From positions 52,793-116,792 of IMG/VR virus record IMGVR_UViG_3300017783_000003: a stretch of DNA of 64,000 nucleotides. One strand, given 5' to 3'. The notes under the pieces were generated by a model. That model had not been told where the DNA came from and did not search any database. It worked only from the letters and a program-made list of their open reading frames with translations. Made by a program: the position numbers and the translations under genes. Source of the stretch: a virus. This document shows positions 54,680 to 63,884 of the stretch, one piece after another (position 1 is the stretch's first letter; each line of letters starts with the position of its first letter).

Positions 54680-55441
54680 ATGTCAACATTAAATGTAAAT
54701 CAAATTGAATCCTCTCAGGGTGGTGTAGTCATCATCCCAACTGGATACACTCTAGCAGTAGGCGGTCTTCAAATTAATGAAGATAGTATGCCACCATCAC
54801 CTTCTGGAAATTCCAACAAAGCATTGTATACTGATGGTAGTTCTATCTCATACAATCTTGCTGGCCCAGATAACATTAGAGTTTTTAATTCTAGCGGACA
54901 GTATATTCCACCCGCAAACGTAACTAAATTTTTTGTTATGGTTGTAGGTGGTGGTGGTGCTGCATCTGGATACTCAGAATCTGGTGGTGCTGGTGGATAT
55001 TCTGAAAAACTATTAACTCCAGCTGATATTGGATCTTCTATTCAAGTAACTATTGGTTCTGGAAGTACATCTTACGCCACATATTCTGGTGCTGCAGGAG
55101 CAGGATCTGCTTCATCTTTCGGCACTCTTCTTACTTCATCAGGTGGTCTAGGTGGCAATCAAAGTCATAGACATTGTGGTGGAGTTGGTGGAGTGGGATC
55201 TGGTGGAGACCTAAATATTTACGGTGGCGGGGGTACAGGACACACCTACTATGGCGTTGGTCATGGTGGGGGAAGTTACTTCGGTGGGGGAAGTCCGTGT
55301 GGACACCCTAACGGTGGTAACTATGCATATAATCAAAGAGATCGTGCTGCTCCTGGTGCAGGCGGTGCTGGTGGTTATAGAAGAAATAACCACGGATCAA
55401 CTGGTAAAGATGGCATCGTAGTCATCTATGAGTACATCTAA
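54680..55441 (+). CDS. glycine-rich fibre-tip/adhesin-like protein 3
   Basis: Paralog; MSTLNVNQI, HRHCGG, GIVVIYEY. Confidence 0.8.
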   Translation: MSTLNVNQIESSQGGVVIIPTGYTLAVGGLQINEDSMPPSPSGNSNKALYTDGSSISYNLAGPDNIRVFNSSGQYIPPANVTKFFVMVVGGGGAASGYSESGGAGGYSEKLLTPADIGSSIQVTIGSGSTSYATYSGAAGAGSASSFGTLLTSSGGLGGNQSHRHCGGVGGVGSGGDLNIYGGGGTGHTYYGVGHGGGSYFGGGSPCGHPNGGNYAYNQRDRAAPGAGGAGGYRRNNHGSTGKDGIVVIYEYI

Positions 55442-55471
55442 TAAATATATAAAGGAATAACGTTTACTATC

Positions 55472-55921
55472 ATGAAAAGAGTTTTACTTGATTTTAGGGG
55501 TATCATCAACGAAGTTGTAGACCCTGGACAGGAATTTGATGTCTATGACGGACCAGATTCAACTATTAAGTGGGTCACATGTCCTCATGCAGATGTCACT
55601 TCACAGTGGCATTGCTGCAACGGTGAGTGGATTTCCCCAGAAAATAAATTAAATGATGACCACGATCTCCAAAGACGTATTGCATATGGGGACCTCGGTG
55701 ATCAACTTGATATGCTATACAAAGATATCAAGGCAGGAAATCTTGAGAATGGTTCTTGGGTCCAACGTATTGATCAAGTAAAAGCATCTATCGATACTCA
55801 ATCTACTTGGGAAAGTAGTTCTGAGTATGCTCAGTTGAAAACAATTCACTTCCATAGTGAATCTGATCCTGCTTGGAATCATTTACCTGAAAGCGCACTA
55901 ACACCTCCAAACATTATCTGA
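55472..55921 (+). CDS. tail-fibre-associated (assembly chaperone-like) protein
   Basis: RRIAYGDLGDQLDMLYKDI...WVQRIDQVK motif; TAAATA at 55442. Confidence 0.65.
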   Translation: MKRVLLDFRGIINEVVDPGQEFDVYDGPDSTIKWVTCPHADVTSQWHCCNGEWISPENKLNDDHDLQRRIAYGDLGDQLDMLYKDIKAGNLENGSWVQRIDQVKASIDTQSTWESSSEYAQLKTIHFHSESDPAWNHLPESALTPPNII

Positions 55922-55936
55922 TATTAATTAGTTGTT

Positions 55937-57538
55937 ATGAAAGTAAAAACAGTATGTATTGTCGGGGGTGGATCCTCGGGATGGATGACTGCTGCTGCTC
56001 TGGCGAAGAATTTACCAGATCTCAGAATCATGTTGATCGAGTCTCCAAACGTCCCCACACTTGGAGTTGGTGAATCTACTCTTGGGCATATCAATAGATA
56101 TCTTTACTCTGTTGGTATGCTCGAAAAAGATTATGAGTGGATGCCCGAATGTGATGCTACGTATAAAGTATCAATTCAATTTACAGATTTTAAAGAAAAA
56201 GGTCACTCATTTCAATACCCATTTGGTGAGGTAGATGCTACAGAAGTAGGTACAATAGATAATTATTACCACCTCATTCAATTAGATCCAAAGTATCCTT
56301 TAGACTACTCACAATTCCACAATCCAATCACTTATCTTACGGATACAAATAAGATGGTTGGTAATAGAAATATTATTAGAAATTTCGACTTTAAGTGGGA
56401 TACAGCGTATCACTTCGACGCAATTAAATTTGGAAATTATTTAAGAGATAAAGTTGCTATCCCAAATGGTGTTATCCACATCAAAGATGATGTAATTGAA
56501 GTTATTCCTAAGCAGGATGGGAATGGTATAGATTGTTTAATAACTAAAAACTGCCCTACGATGAGAGTTGAAGCAGATTTATTTATTGATTGCACTGGAT
56601 TTAAATCTTTATTGCTTGAACAAACATGTAAATCTAAGTTCATCAGTTTTGAAAAAGATCTTCTAAATGATCGTGCTATTTCATGTAGACTGCCTTACAC
56701 AGATAGAAAAAAAGAGATGGTCAACTACACAGACTGTCATGCTTTATCTTCTGGATGGGTCTGGGAAACTCCCCTGTGGAATACTAGAGGAACTGGTTAT
56801 GTACACTCTTCTAAATTCATTTCTCTTGATGATGCTAAAAGAGAATTTAGAGATCATCTAGCAACTAAAGTTGGTAAAGAAAAAGCAGAAGAACTTGAGT
56901 TTCGTGTCATTGACATGAAGCATGGTAAAAGAGAAAAGGCATGGGTAGGTAATTGTGTTGGTATTGGATTATCATATGGATTCTTAGAACCACTAGAGTC
57001 TACAGGTCTTTACACAACACATGAAAATATTCTTAATTTAATTGATACTTTAGAAAGAAGAAATGGATACATCACGAAAATAGATCTTGATGGTTTCAAC
57101 TATGCATGTAACTTCACCCTGGAGTCTATGCGTTCGTTTGTTGCTATGCATTACGTATTGTCACAGAGACGTGACAGTGCATACTGGAGACATTATGCTG
57201 ATAATGTAGAGATGGTTCCTTATGACAAAATTGTAGACGATAAGGTTATATCACCAAGACTTTATAAAGAGTTTCTACATAATGTAAATGTGGCACATGC
57301 TCAAAGTGATCTAGAAGGAACACTTTACATTGCCGCTGGTTTGGGGTATAATCCTATTGGACGAACAGAAGTAAATTATAGATGCTATGAGAAGAGGTTG
57401 TCTGATGCAGATTTCGTTCGAGGCATTGGCAAAAAAATTCTCAACTATAAAAAACAAGTTTTTGAAAAACTAGAAAATTGTCCAACTACCTTTGAATTTA
57501 CTAGAGATTATGTTTACGAAAGGAAAGAAAAAACCTAA
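55937..57538 (+). CDS. flavin-dependent halogenase (tryptophan halogenase / PrnA family)
   Basis: GGGSSGW, GVGEST, DATYK (catalytic Lys position), FIDCTGF, WVWETP, FLEPLESTG. Confidence 0.92.
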   Translation: MKVKTVCIVGGGSSGWMTAAALAKNLPDLRIMLIESPNVPTLGVGESTLGHINRYLYSVGMLEKDYEWMPECDATYKVSIQFTDFKEKGHSFQYPFGEVDATEVGTIDNYYHLIQLDPKYPLDYSQFHNPITYLTDTNKMVGNRNIIRNFDFKWDTAYHFDAIKFGNYLRDKVAIPNGVIHIKDDVIEVIPKQDGNGIDCLITKNCPTMRVEADLFIDCTGFKSLLLEQTCKSKFISFEKDLLNDRAISCRLPYTDRKKEMVNYTDCHALSSGWVWETPLWNTRGTGYVHSSKFISLDDAKREFRDHLATKVGKEKAEELEFRVIDMKHGKREKAWVGNCVGIGLSYGFLEPLESTGLYTTHENILNLIDTLERRNGYITKIDLDGFNYACNFTLESMRSFVAMHYVLSQRRDSAYWRHYADNVEMVPYDKIVDDKVISPRLYKEFLHNVNVAHAQSDLEGTLYIAAGLGYNPIGRTEVNYRCYEKRLSDADFVRGIGKKILNYKKQVFEKLENCPTTFEFTRDYVYERKEKT

Positions 57539-58322
57539 GGTTCGTTTCCATTCCTTAGTCCCCGCTGTCAAAACACTGTACCCTATCACACCTTCTTCTA
57601 AATTGAAGAGATCGTGGCAGGAACCTGAGCAAAAAGAATATAAAGAAAAAGTTTCTAAGTGTCCCTTTTCTTTTATTTTAGATACTGGGGAGCAAATTGC
57701 TCACAGGTCTGTTGGCAAATGTCCCTCTGTCAATAGTCTATTGTCTTCTGGTTATGTTGTATCAGCTCCAGCAGATTTTAAAGTGCATATTGTAGATGGA
57801 AAAATGCAAATACAATGTGGACAAATTATCCCAGGTGCTGAGTATGTTGGATTTCATGATGGGGATCATGGTAAATGGTTAAAAGATTCTACTAAAGATG
57901 TCTGTATGGATGAAGTGATCAAAGTAAACACTCCATGGAGAGTGACTTCTAGTGATCCAGATATTGTATTCTTACAGTTAAAAGTTCCTTTTCTACAAGA
58001 AGAAAGGTTTACAGCAATTACAGGAGTATTAGATCCTCGCCATGCATATGAAATCAATCCTCAGATGTGGTGGCACTTGACTGAAGATGGTGTTACTACA
58101 ATAGAAGCAGGAACACCTCTAGCGATGTATCTACCTATTTCTAGAAAATTGCTTGGTAATGATATTGAATTTCTGATAGAAGATGCAGATGAAATAGATT
58201 TAAAAATGGAATCCGAAATGATGTATGCTGGAAATCATAAATTTCTAGAACTGGATACATTGACTTCAAGAATAAAACGCATCTTTAAAATTCTCCAAAA
58301 ATATCATGCAATCAAATATTGA
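57510..58322 (+). CDS. hypothetical protein of a family common beside phage oxygenases
   Basis: VRFHS, KCP..., GYVVSAPADF, KVNTPW, GVLD, IEAGTPLAMYLP. Confidence 0.72.
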   Translation: MFTKGKKKPKVRFHSLVPAVKTLYPITPSSKLKRSWQEPEQKEYKEKVSKCPFSFILDTGEQIAHRSVGKCPSVNSLLSSGYVVSAPADFKVHIVDGKMQIQCGQIIPGAEYVGFHDGDHGKWLKDSTKDVCMDEVIKVNTPWRVTSSDPDIVFLQLKVPFLQEERFTAITGVLDPRHAYEINPQMWWHLTEDGVTTIEAGTPLAMYLPISRKLLGNDIEFLIEDADEIDLKMESEMMYAGNHKFLELDTLTSRIKRIFKILQKYHAIKY

Positions 58323-58911
58323 ATTATTTTCAATCACAGTTAATAGATCTCAAATTTTATTACCAGAAAAAGAAAGACAAGAGTGTATCAAATCTATCTA
58401 CCATATTTGTAATGAACCTCCAAAGTATTTTTTTCCTGGAGAAGATGGACAATCTACAGGGTCTAGAGATTTAAAGTTACATTCAAGACCACAATTTGCA
58501 TCTCTATTCCTAAAAATTCAAGAACGTGTAGAAGCATATTGGAAACAATTGTTATACACTACAGAACTACATCCAACCCTATTTGATTCTTGGGCAAACA
58601 TTCATACGAAAGGAAACTGGACTATGCAACACTGTCATAATGACGGTTACTGGGGATCATCTCACATCTCTGGTGTGTATTATGTAAATAAAAATATTAA
58701 TGAAGTTGATATTGAATTTATTGATCCATTAGATATGATACATAGATTAACCCCAGCACAAAATATGATGGGGATTCATTCTAAAGCAACTTCTTTTCAA
58801 ACACAAACAGGTGATCTTGTTCTTTTTCCTTCATGGTTGAGTCACAGAGTAAACAAGAACAAATTTGACGAAGACCGTATTGCTATTTCATTTAATTTTA
58901 AAGGTATTTAA
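58306..58911 (+). CDS. 2OG-Fe(II) oxygenase, TIGR02466-like
   Basis: SWANI, HCH, ISGVYYV, GDLVLFPSWLSHRV, RIAISFN. Confidence 0.9.
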   Translation: MQSNIELFSITVNRSQILLPEKERQECIKSIYHICNEPPKYFFPGEDGQSTGSRDLKLHSRPQFASLFLKIQERVEAYWKQLLYTTELHPTLFDSWANIHTKGNWTMQHCHNDGYWGSSHISGVYYVNKNINEVDIEFIDPLDMIHRLTPAQNMMGIHSKATSFQTQTGDLVLFPSWLSHRVNKNKFDEDRIAISFNFKGI

Positions 58912-58912
58912 T

Positions 58913-59527
58913 ATGTTATGTTATGAACAAAACAATTTTTTAGGTGAACATTTGCATACTCATGTACGTGAATGTATTATGCATAAAGATTACCCTTGGT
59001 TTTTTCTTCCTGACATTACTAGAGAACTTCATTTAGATGACGATGATTATGCTCAACCAGGATTTCAACACACTCCCTTTAAAGGATACCACCCCACGTC
59101 AACCTTTTACGATTCCATTTCTTTTCTTCCAGGATTGATTGGTAGGAAAATTGAAGAACTTACAGACTATAAATTTGAGAGACTGTTATTAGACCGACTT
59201 AGAGTAGGTCTCAATATTCCATTGACTAACGAAAGTAGAAAGTTTAATCTTCCATACAATTATCCTCATCTTGATTGTGACGCAAAAAGACAAGGCGTCC
59301 GAAAACATTGGACTGCATTGTATTATGTAAACAATTGTGATGGTAATACTTTTATCTTTGAGGAAACTGAGAAGCAAGATAAATGTGAAGACTATACTAT
59401 TGCTCATTCCATTGAACCAAAACCAGATAAGTTACTTATTTTTGATGGTGAACAATACCACGCAAGTTCAAGTCCAATAAAAGCAAGCAGCAGAATTGTA
59501 ATTACGGTAAATTTTCATGTTAGATAA
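58913..59527 (+). CDS. 2OG-Fe(II) oxygenase-like protein
   Basis: YPWFF, PHLD, TALYYVNNCDGNT, FDGEQYHASSSP, RIVITVN. Confidence 0.85.
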   Translation: MLCYEQNNFLGEHLHTHVRECIMHKDYPWFFLPDITRELHLDDDDYAQPGFQHTPFKGYHPTSTFYDSISFLPGLIGRKIEELTDYKFERLLLDRLRVGLNIPLTNESRKFNLPYNYPHLDCDAKRQGVRKHWTALYYVNNCDGNTFIFEETEKQDKCEDYTIAHSIEPKPDKLLIFDGEQYHASSSPIKASSRIVITVNFHVR

Positions 59528-60149
59528 AGTTTATTATTTAAAAGGATCAATGCCTAAAGATGTAGTAGATTTTCTTCTCATGCAATTTACTATGATGCAT
59601 GATTGTATGGAAACTACTCAGGGTGTAAGTGGATTTGTAGACCCTACTGTCGGATCTAATAACTTTTCATGGTATGGATCTCTACCATTTGAAACTTCAC
59701 TAGAATATTTTAGACCTTTGTTTGAAAAAACTATTGGTAAAGACTTGCATCCTACGTATTCCTATGGTAGAATATATGGTAATGATAGTTATCTAAATAA
59801 ACATATGGACCGCCAAAGTTCGCAGTGGTCTGCTAGTTGCTGTCTAAGTAAAGATTGTGATTGGCCAATTAGTTTTGAACATGAAGGTGTAATCAAAACC
59901 TTTGAGATGGAACCTGGAGACATGGTTTTATTTCCTGGATCTAGTATCGTTCATTATAGGAATAGATATAAAGGTCAAAAACATGTTCAATTTTTCTTGC
60001 AATATGTTGAGCAAGAAAGTGAGTATTCTCACTTAAAGTATGATACAAGACCATGCTTGGCATCCAGTTTTGAACTGGTAGATCAATCAATCAAAGACGA
60101 GTTAAACCGACAAGTATATACACCACCTGAGGAAGATTATGACATCTGA
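59517..60149 (+). CDS. 2OG-Fe(II) oxygenase-like protein
   Basis: LHPTYSYGRIY, LNKHMDR, WPI, PGDMVLFPG..IVHYR, QFFLQYV. Confidence 0.85.
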   Translation: MLDKVYYLKGSMPKDVVDFLLMQFTMMHDCMETTQGVSGFVDPTVGSNNFSWYGSLPFETSLEYFRPLFEKTIGKDLHPTYSYGRIYGNDSYLNKHMDRQSSQWSASCCLSKDCDWPISFEHEGVIKTFEMEPGDMVLFPGSSIVHYRNRYKGQKHVQFFLQYVEQESEYSHLKYDTRPCLASSFELVDQSIKDELNRQVYTPPEEDYDI

Positions 60150-60414
60150 AACTGTTACAGAAGAAACCACTACAGAAGAGATTACATTTGATAGTCTCTG
60201 GGAAACATTCTCAAGTCAATTGCAAGATTGTACTGCCAAATATGATGAATGTGAAAGAAAAATTAATGAAGAAACTGCGTCTTGTACTCGTATTGATTTA
60301 CAAGATTTCAATTCTATAAAAATTGCTAAGCATAAATTAGAAGCAGCACTGGAAGCACTCGACCTTGTTAGAGTCCATTGTTTAAAAATGGATTCTCTAA
60401 TCAATTATAAATAA
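60139..60414 (+). CDS. coiled-coil hypothetical protein
   Basis: Helical acidic protein; KLEAALEAL. Confidence 0.7.
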   Translation: MTSETVTEETTTEEITFDSLWETFSSQLQDCTAKYDECERKINEETASCTRIDLQDFNSIKIAKHKLEAALEALDLVRVHCLKMDSLINYK

Positions 60415-60441
60415 TTTAGTACATCATTTCTCGTTAAAACT

Positions 60442-60627
60442 ATGGACACTGAACAACTTAAGGCAAATTTTGAAGAGCAACTCACCAAAGCAGATCAGCA
60501 GATTGCAGAACTAGAAGCAAATCTGGATAAAGCAAAAGAATATAAATTAAAGTTACAAGGCGGTTTAGAGACTCTTCAACTACTAGAGAAGCAAGCAGAA
60601 GAAGCAGAACCAGCACCTGCAGAATAA
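60442..60627 (+). CDS. coiled-coil conserved cyanophage protein
   Basis: KAKEYKLKLQGGLETLQLL; late promoter TATAAATA at 60406. Confidence 0.75.
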   Translation: MDTEQLKANFEEQLTKADQQIAELEANLDKAKEYKLKLQGGLETLQLLEKQAEEAEPAPAE

Positions 60628-60634
60628 TCACACT

Positions 60635-60667
60635 TCCCTACCTGATAAATACAGGTAGGGATTTTTT
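60635..60667 (+). terminator. intrinsic terminator with late-promoter sequence as its loop
   Basis: TCCCTACCTG-ATAAATA-CAGGTAGGGA followed by T6. Confidence 0.8.
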
Positions 60668-60680
60668 GTATGGATAATCA

Positions 60681-61511
60681 ATGGCAAAGCCATCATCACG
60701 CCTAGAACTAATTGATTATTGCAAAAGGCAGTTAGGTGCTCCTGTACTGCAAATTAATATTGCAGATGAACAAGCAGAAGATATCGTTGATACCGCTCTC
60801 CAATTTTATCAAGAGTGGCACTATGACGGTATAGAAAAAATGTATCTGAAACATCAGATTACAGAGGCAGATGAAACTCGGTTCACCGAGAGCAATGAGA
60901 CTTCTTCCACTCCAGATCCAGATACTGCTACCTGGGAAAATAGAAAAAACTTTATTGAAATTCCTGAACATGTTTTAGGTATTTCTAAAGTGTTTGGTGT
61001 ATCTTCTAATTGGGTTCGTAACGACCTCTTTGGTATGAGCAATCAATATTTTTTGATGGATATGTTTTCATTTTCCTCAGGGTTTGCTTTTGGTAAGTTT
61101 GATTTAACAAACTACTACATGATTAAACAATACTTTGAGACTATTGATATGGTAGTCAACACTGGACAACTAGTTCAGTTTAGATTTAATAAACGTCAAG
61201 ATCGTTTGTTTATTGACATTGATGCTAAAAGAGTTACTAAAGATAATTATCTTTTAATTGAATGTGATAGAGCACTTGACCCTGATGAGTTTACTCAAGT
61301 ATATAACGACAGTTTCTTGAAAAGATACACCACTGCTTTGATGAAAAGACAGTGGGGACAAAATTTAATCAAGTACAATAATGTACAACTACCTGGCGGT
61401 CTTACACTCAATGGTCGCCAGATCTGGGAAGATGGCAATAAAGAAGTCATGGAATTAGAAGCGGATATGCCATCCAAATATACTGTTCCACCCATGGATA
61501 TGATCGGATAA
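60681..61511 (+). CDS. g13: neck protein gp13
   Basis: LIDYCKRQLGAPVLQINIADEQ, HYDG, KRQWGQNLIKY, LPGGLTLNG. Confidence 0.95.
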   Translation: MAKPSSRLELIDYCKRQLGAPVLQINIADEQAEDIVDTALQFYQEWHYDGIEKMYLKHQITEADETRFTESNETSSTPDPDTATWENRKNFIEIPEHVLGISKVFGVSSNWVRNDLFGMSNQYFLMDMFSFSSGFAFGKFDLTNYYMIKQYFETIDMVVNTGQLVQFRFNKRQDRLFIDIDAKRVTKDNYLLIECDRALDPDEFTQVYNDSFLKRYTTALMKRQWGQNLIKYNNVQLPGGLTLNGRQIWEDGNKEVMELEADMPSKYTVPPMDMIG

Positions 61512-61512
61512 A

Positions 61513-62391
61513 ATGCCTACTAGCCCCTACTTTCCAACATATTATCAAGGTCACTCGGGAGAGCAAGACCTTGCACAAGACCTTGCGGACGAACAGATCA
61601 AACTGTTTGGATCTGATATTTATTATCTACCTAGGACTATCTTTAAAGATAGTACACTAGATGATATTATATACTCAAAATTTGAGAACCAGTTCCAAGT
61701 AGAAATGCTGCTGGTAAATGTACAAGGTTTTGGTGATCAATCAGAATTTATTTCTAAATTTGGTTTACGTATCACAGATGAAGTTAAGTTCATTGTCTCT
61801 AGTAGGAGATGGGATGAAACTTCTACAGGTTATGATTTAACTGTACTCGGTAGACCTAATGAGGGAGATTTATTATACTTCCCATTAACACAAGATCTGT
61901 ATGAAATCAAGTTTGTAGAAAGAGAACAACCTTTCTATCAGTTTGGTAAAATTCAGTTCTTGGTAATGACTGCAGAGATCTACGAGGTTGGTAGCGACAA
62001 AATTGATACTGGAGTTGATGATATTGATGAAATAGAAACCTTATTCAGTTCTGCTATTGGTATTACCATGGCAGTTGGTGGCACTACAGACTTTACTGTT
62101 GGTGAAATTGTAACTGGTAGTGTTTCAAATGAGACTGGAGAAGTCAAGTCTTGGGATGCTGTTAATAGAGTCTTGCAAATTATTAACAGAACAGGAACTT
62201 TTGCTACTGGAGAGAACGTCACTGGTAATGATAGTACTGCCGTATGGACTGTTGCGACATACTCCACAATCGAAAATACCAACAGTGAATACGATCAAAA
62301 CTCCTATATAGAAGATGAGGCAGATGATCTCATCGATTGGGGAGAAAGAAATCCCTTTGGAGAATATGGCAATTATATGGATAGTTTCTAA
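61513..62391 (+). CDS. g14: neck protein gp14
   Basis: EQIKLFGSDIYYLPR, SKFGLRITDE, RPNEGDLLYFP, EIKFVE..PFYQFGK, NPFGE. Confidence 0.95.
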   Translation: MPTSPYFPTYYQGHSGEQDLAQDLADEQIKLFGSDIYYLPRTIFKDSTLDDIIYSKFENQFQVEMLLVNVQGFGDQSEFISKFGLRITDEVKFIVSSRRWDETSTGYDLTVLGRPNEGDLLYFPLTQDLYEIKFVEREQPFYQFGKIQFLVMTAEIYEVGSDKIDTGVDDIDEIETLFSSAIGITMAVGGTTDFTVGEIVTGSVSNETGEVKSWDAVNRVLQIINRTGTFATGENVTGNDSTAVWTVATYSTIENTNSEYDQNSYIEDEADDLIDWGERNPFGEYGNYMDSF

Positions 62392-63194
62392 TGTTAGGAC
62401 CACACTATTATAACGAAGCAATAAGAAAAACTGTGATTGCTTTTGGAACTCTTTTCAACAATATTGAAATTAAAAAAGTGGATCCTACTGTAGGAACTAC
62501 ACTTGAAGTTGAGAAAGTTCCTTTAGCATATGGACCGAAGCAAAAGTTTCTTACTCGTTTGGAACAAAACCCAGACGTTAGTAGAAAAGTTGCTATCACA
62601 ATACCACGTCTCTACTTTGAGATGACTAATGTTGAGTATGATCCTGCTCGCAAGACTTCACCTATTCAAAAATATAGAGCTGTAGTATCAGATGAAGGTA
62701 GTGAAGTAAAGGTTCAGTATGTTCCCGTACCATATAATCTAACATTTGAACTTGGTATTATTGCTAAAAATCAAGATGATGGTCTACAAATTTTAGAACA
62801 GATTCTACCATACTTTCAACCAAATTTCAACGTCACTTTAAATTTCATTCCAGAAATGAATGAAAAAAGAGATGTTGCGTTCATCTTAAATAATATTAGT
62901 TATGAAGATGATTGGGAAGATAGTTTTTCCCAACGTAGAAGTATCACTTGGATATTAAGTTTTACTGCTAAGTCATACATTTACGGACCTTACAGTAACA
63001 GTGGTCTTATCCGTAAGGCAACTATTTACGAATCTCTTGGTGATTTAGAAACCAGTAGAAGAGCAGTTGGTCTTTCTTATCAACCCAAAGCACTGGAAGA
63101 TAAGAACAATGATGGTGAGATTAATACTTTAGATGATGCACTATTAATTGCATCTGACGATTTCGGATTTAATGAGGGCATCGAGTTATTCTAA
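62391..63194 (+). CDS. g15: tail sheath stabiliser / completion protein gp15
   Basis: YYNEAIRKTVIAFGTLFNNI, VPLAYGPKQKFL, PVPYNL, QILEQILPYFQP. Confidence 0.95.
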   Translation: MLGPHYYNEAIRKTVIAFGTLFNNIEIKKVDPTVGTTLEVEKVPLAYGPKQKFLTRLEQNPDVSRKVAITIPRLYFEMTNVEYDPARKTSPIQKYRAVVSDEGSEVKVQYVPVPYNLTFELGIIAKNQDDGLQILEQILPYFQPNFNVTLNFIPEMNEKRDVAFILNNISYEDDWEDSFSQRRSITWILSFTAKSYIYGPYSNSGLIRKATIYESLGDLETSRRAVGLSYQPKALEDKNNDGEINTLDDALLIASDDFGFNEGIELF

Positions 63195-63610
63195 TGAGCA
63201 CTTTTGAAAACAACATGGAAGAAGTATTTGACATTGATGTGAGTCCTGCAGGAGAAACAAAACCTGCTGTTCCTAAGAAAAAGGAGACGGACGATCAGAA
63301 GAACGATTATGAATATACCCGTGGGCAATTATACAACCTCATCAGCAAGGGTCAGGAGGCGCTAGACGGGGCGTTAGAGGTTGCTCAGGAGTCTGGGCAC
63401 CCTAGAGCGTATGAAGTCGCTGTGAACGCCATGAAGCAGGTAGCAGACACTACAGACAAATTGTTAGATCTACAGAAAAAGATGAAAGATCTAGACGCTC
63501 CTACTAGAGGTCCATCACAGAACACCACTAACAATCTATTTGTTGGAAGCACAGCAGACCTACAGAAAATGCTAAAGCAAATAAATAAACAAGAAGAGTC
63601 AGGAGAGTAA
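63194..63610 (+). CDS. g16: terminase small subunit gp16
   Basis: DYEYTRGQLYNL, AQESGHPRAYEV, TNNLFVGSTADLQKML. Confidence 0.93.
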   Translation: MSTFENNMEEVFDIDVSPAGETKPAVPKKKETDDQKNDYEYTRGQLYNLISKGQEALDGALEVAQESGHPRAYEVAVNAMKQVADTTDKLLDLQKKMKDLDAPTRGPSQNTTNNLFVGSTADLQKMLKQINKQEESGE

Positions 63611-63879
63611 TGAACGTAGTAAAACTTTTGGGCGAAGCAACATTGCTCTCAGACACACCAGATAACATCGACTCTGGAGAAAGAATTCTTCTTCAGCATA
63701 ATCATAATGGTGGTAACGCTCACCTAGTGACAGTCAAAAATGTTGGTGGTGATGTAATTGGTAGTGTATATGTTGCTCCTCATAGACCACTAGTAATCGA
63801 CAAAGAAAGAACTGATACCATGGAAGTAGCAAGTAGTGTTACTGATTTATATGCTACGTCAATATCTCACCAGGGGTAA
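63610..63879 (+). CDS. hypothetical cyanophage protein
   Basis: Directly follows g16; beta-rich small protein. Confidence 0.7.
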   Translation: MNVVKLLGEATLLSDTPDNIDSGERILLQHNHNGGNAHLVTVKNVGGDVIGSVYVAPHRPLVIDKERTDTMEVASSVTDLYATSISHQG

Positions 63880-63884
63880 TAAAT

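Noticed and set aside
182-62599. Numerous minus-strand and alternate-frame ORFs in the ORF track
   Set aside because: They are shadows of long + strand genes with no motifs or independent signals; + strand genes tile the window
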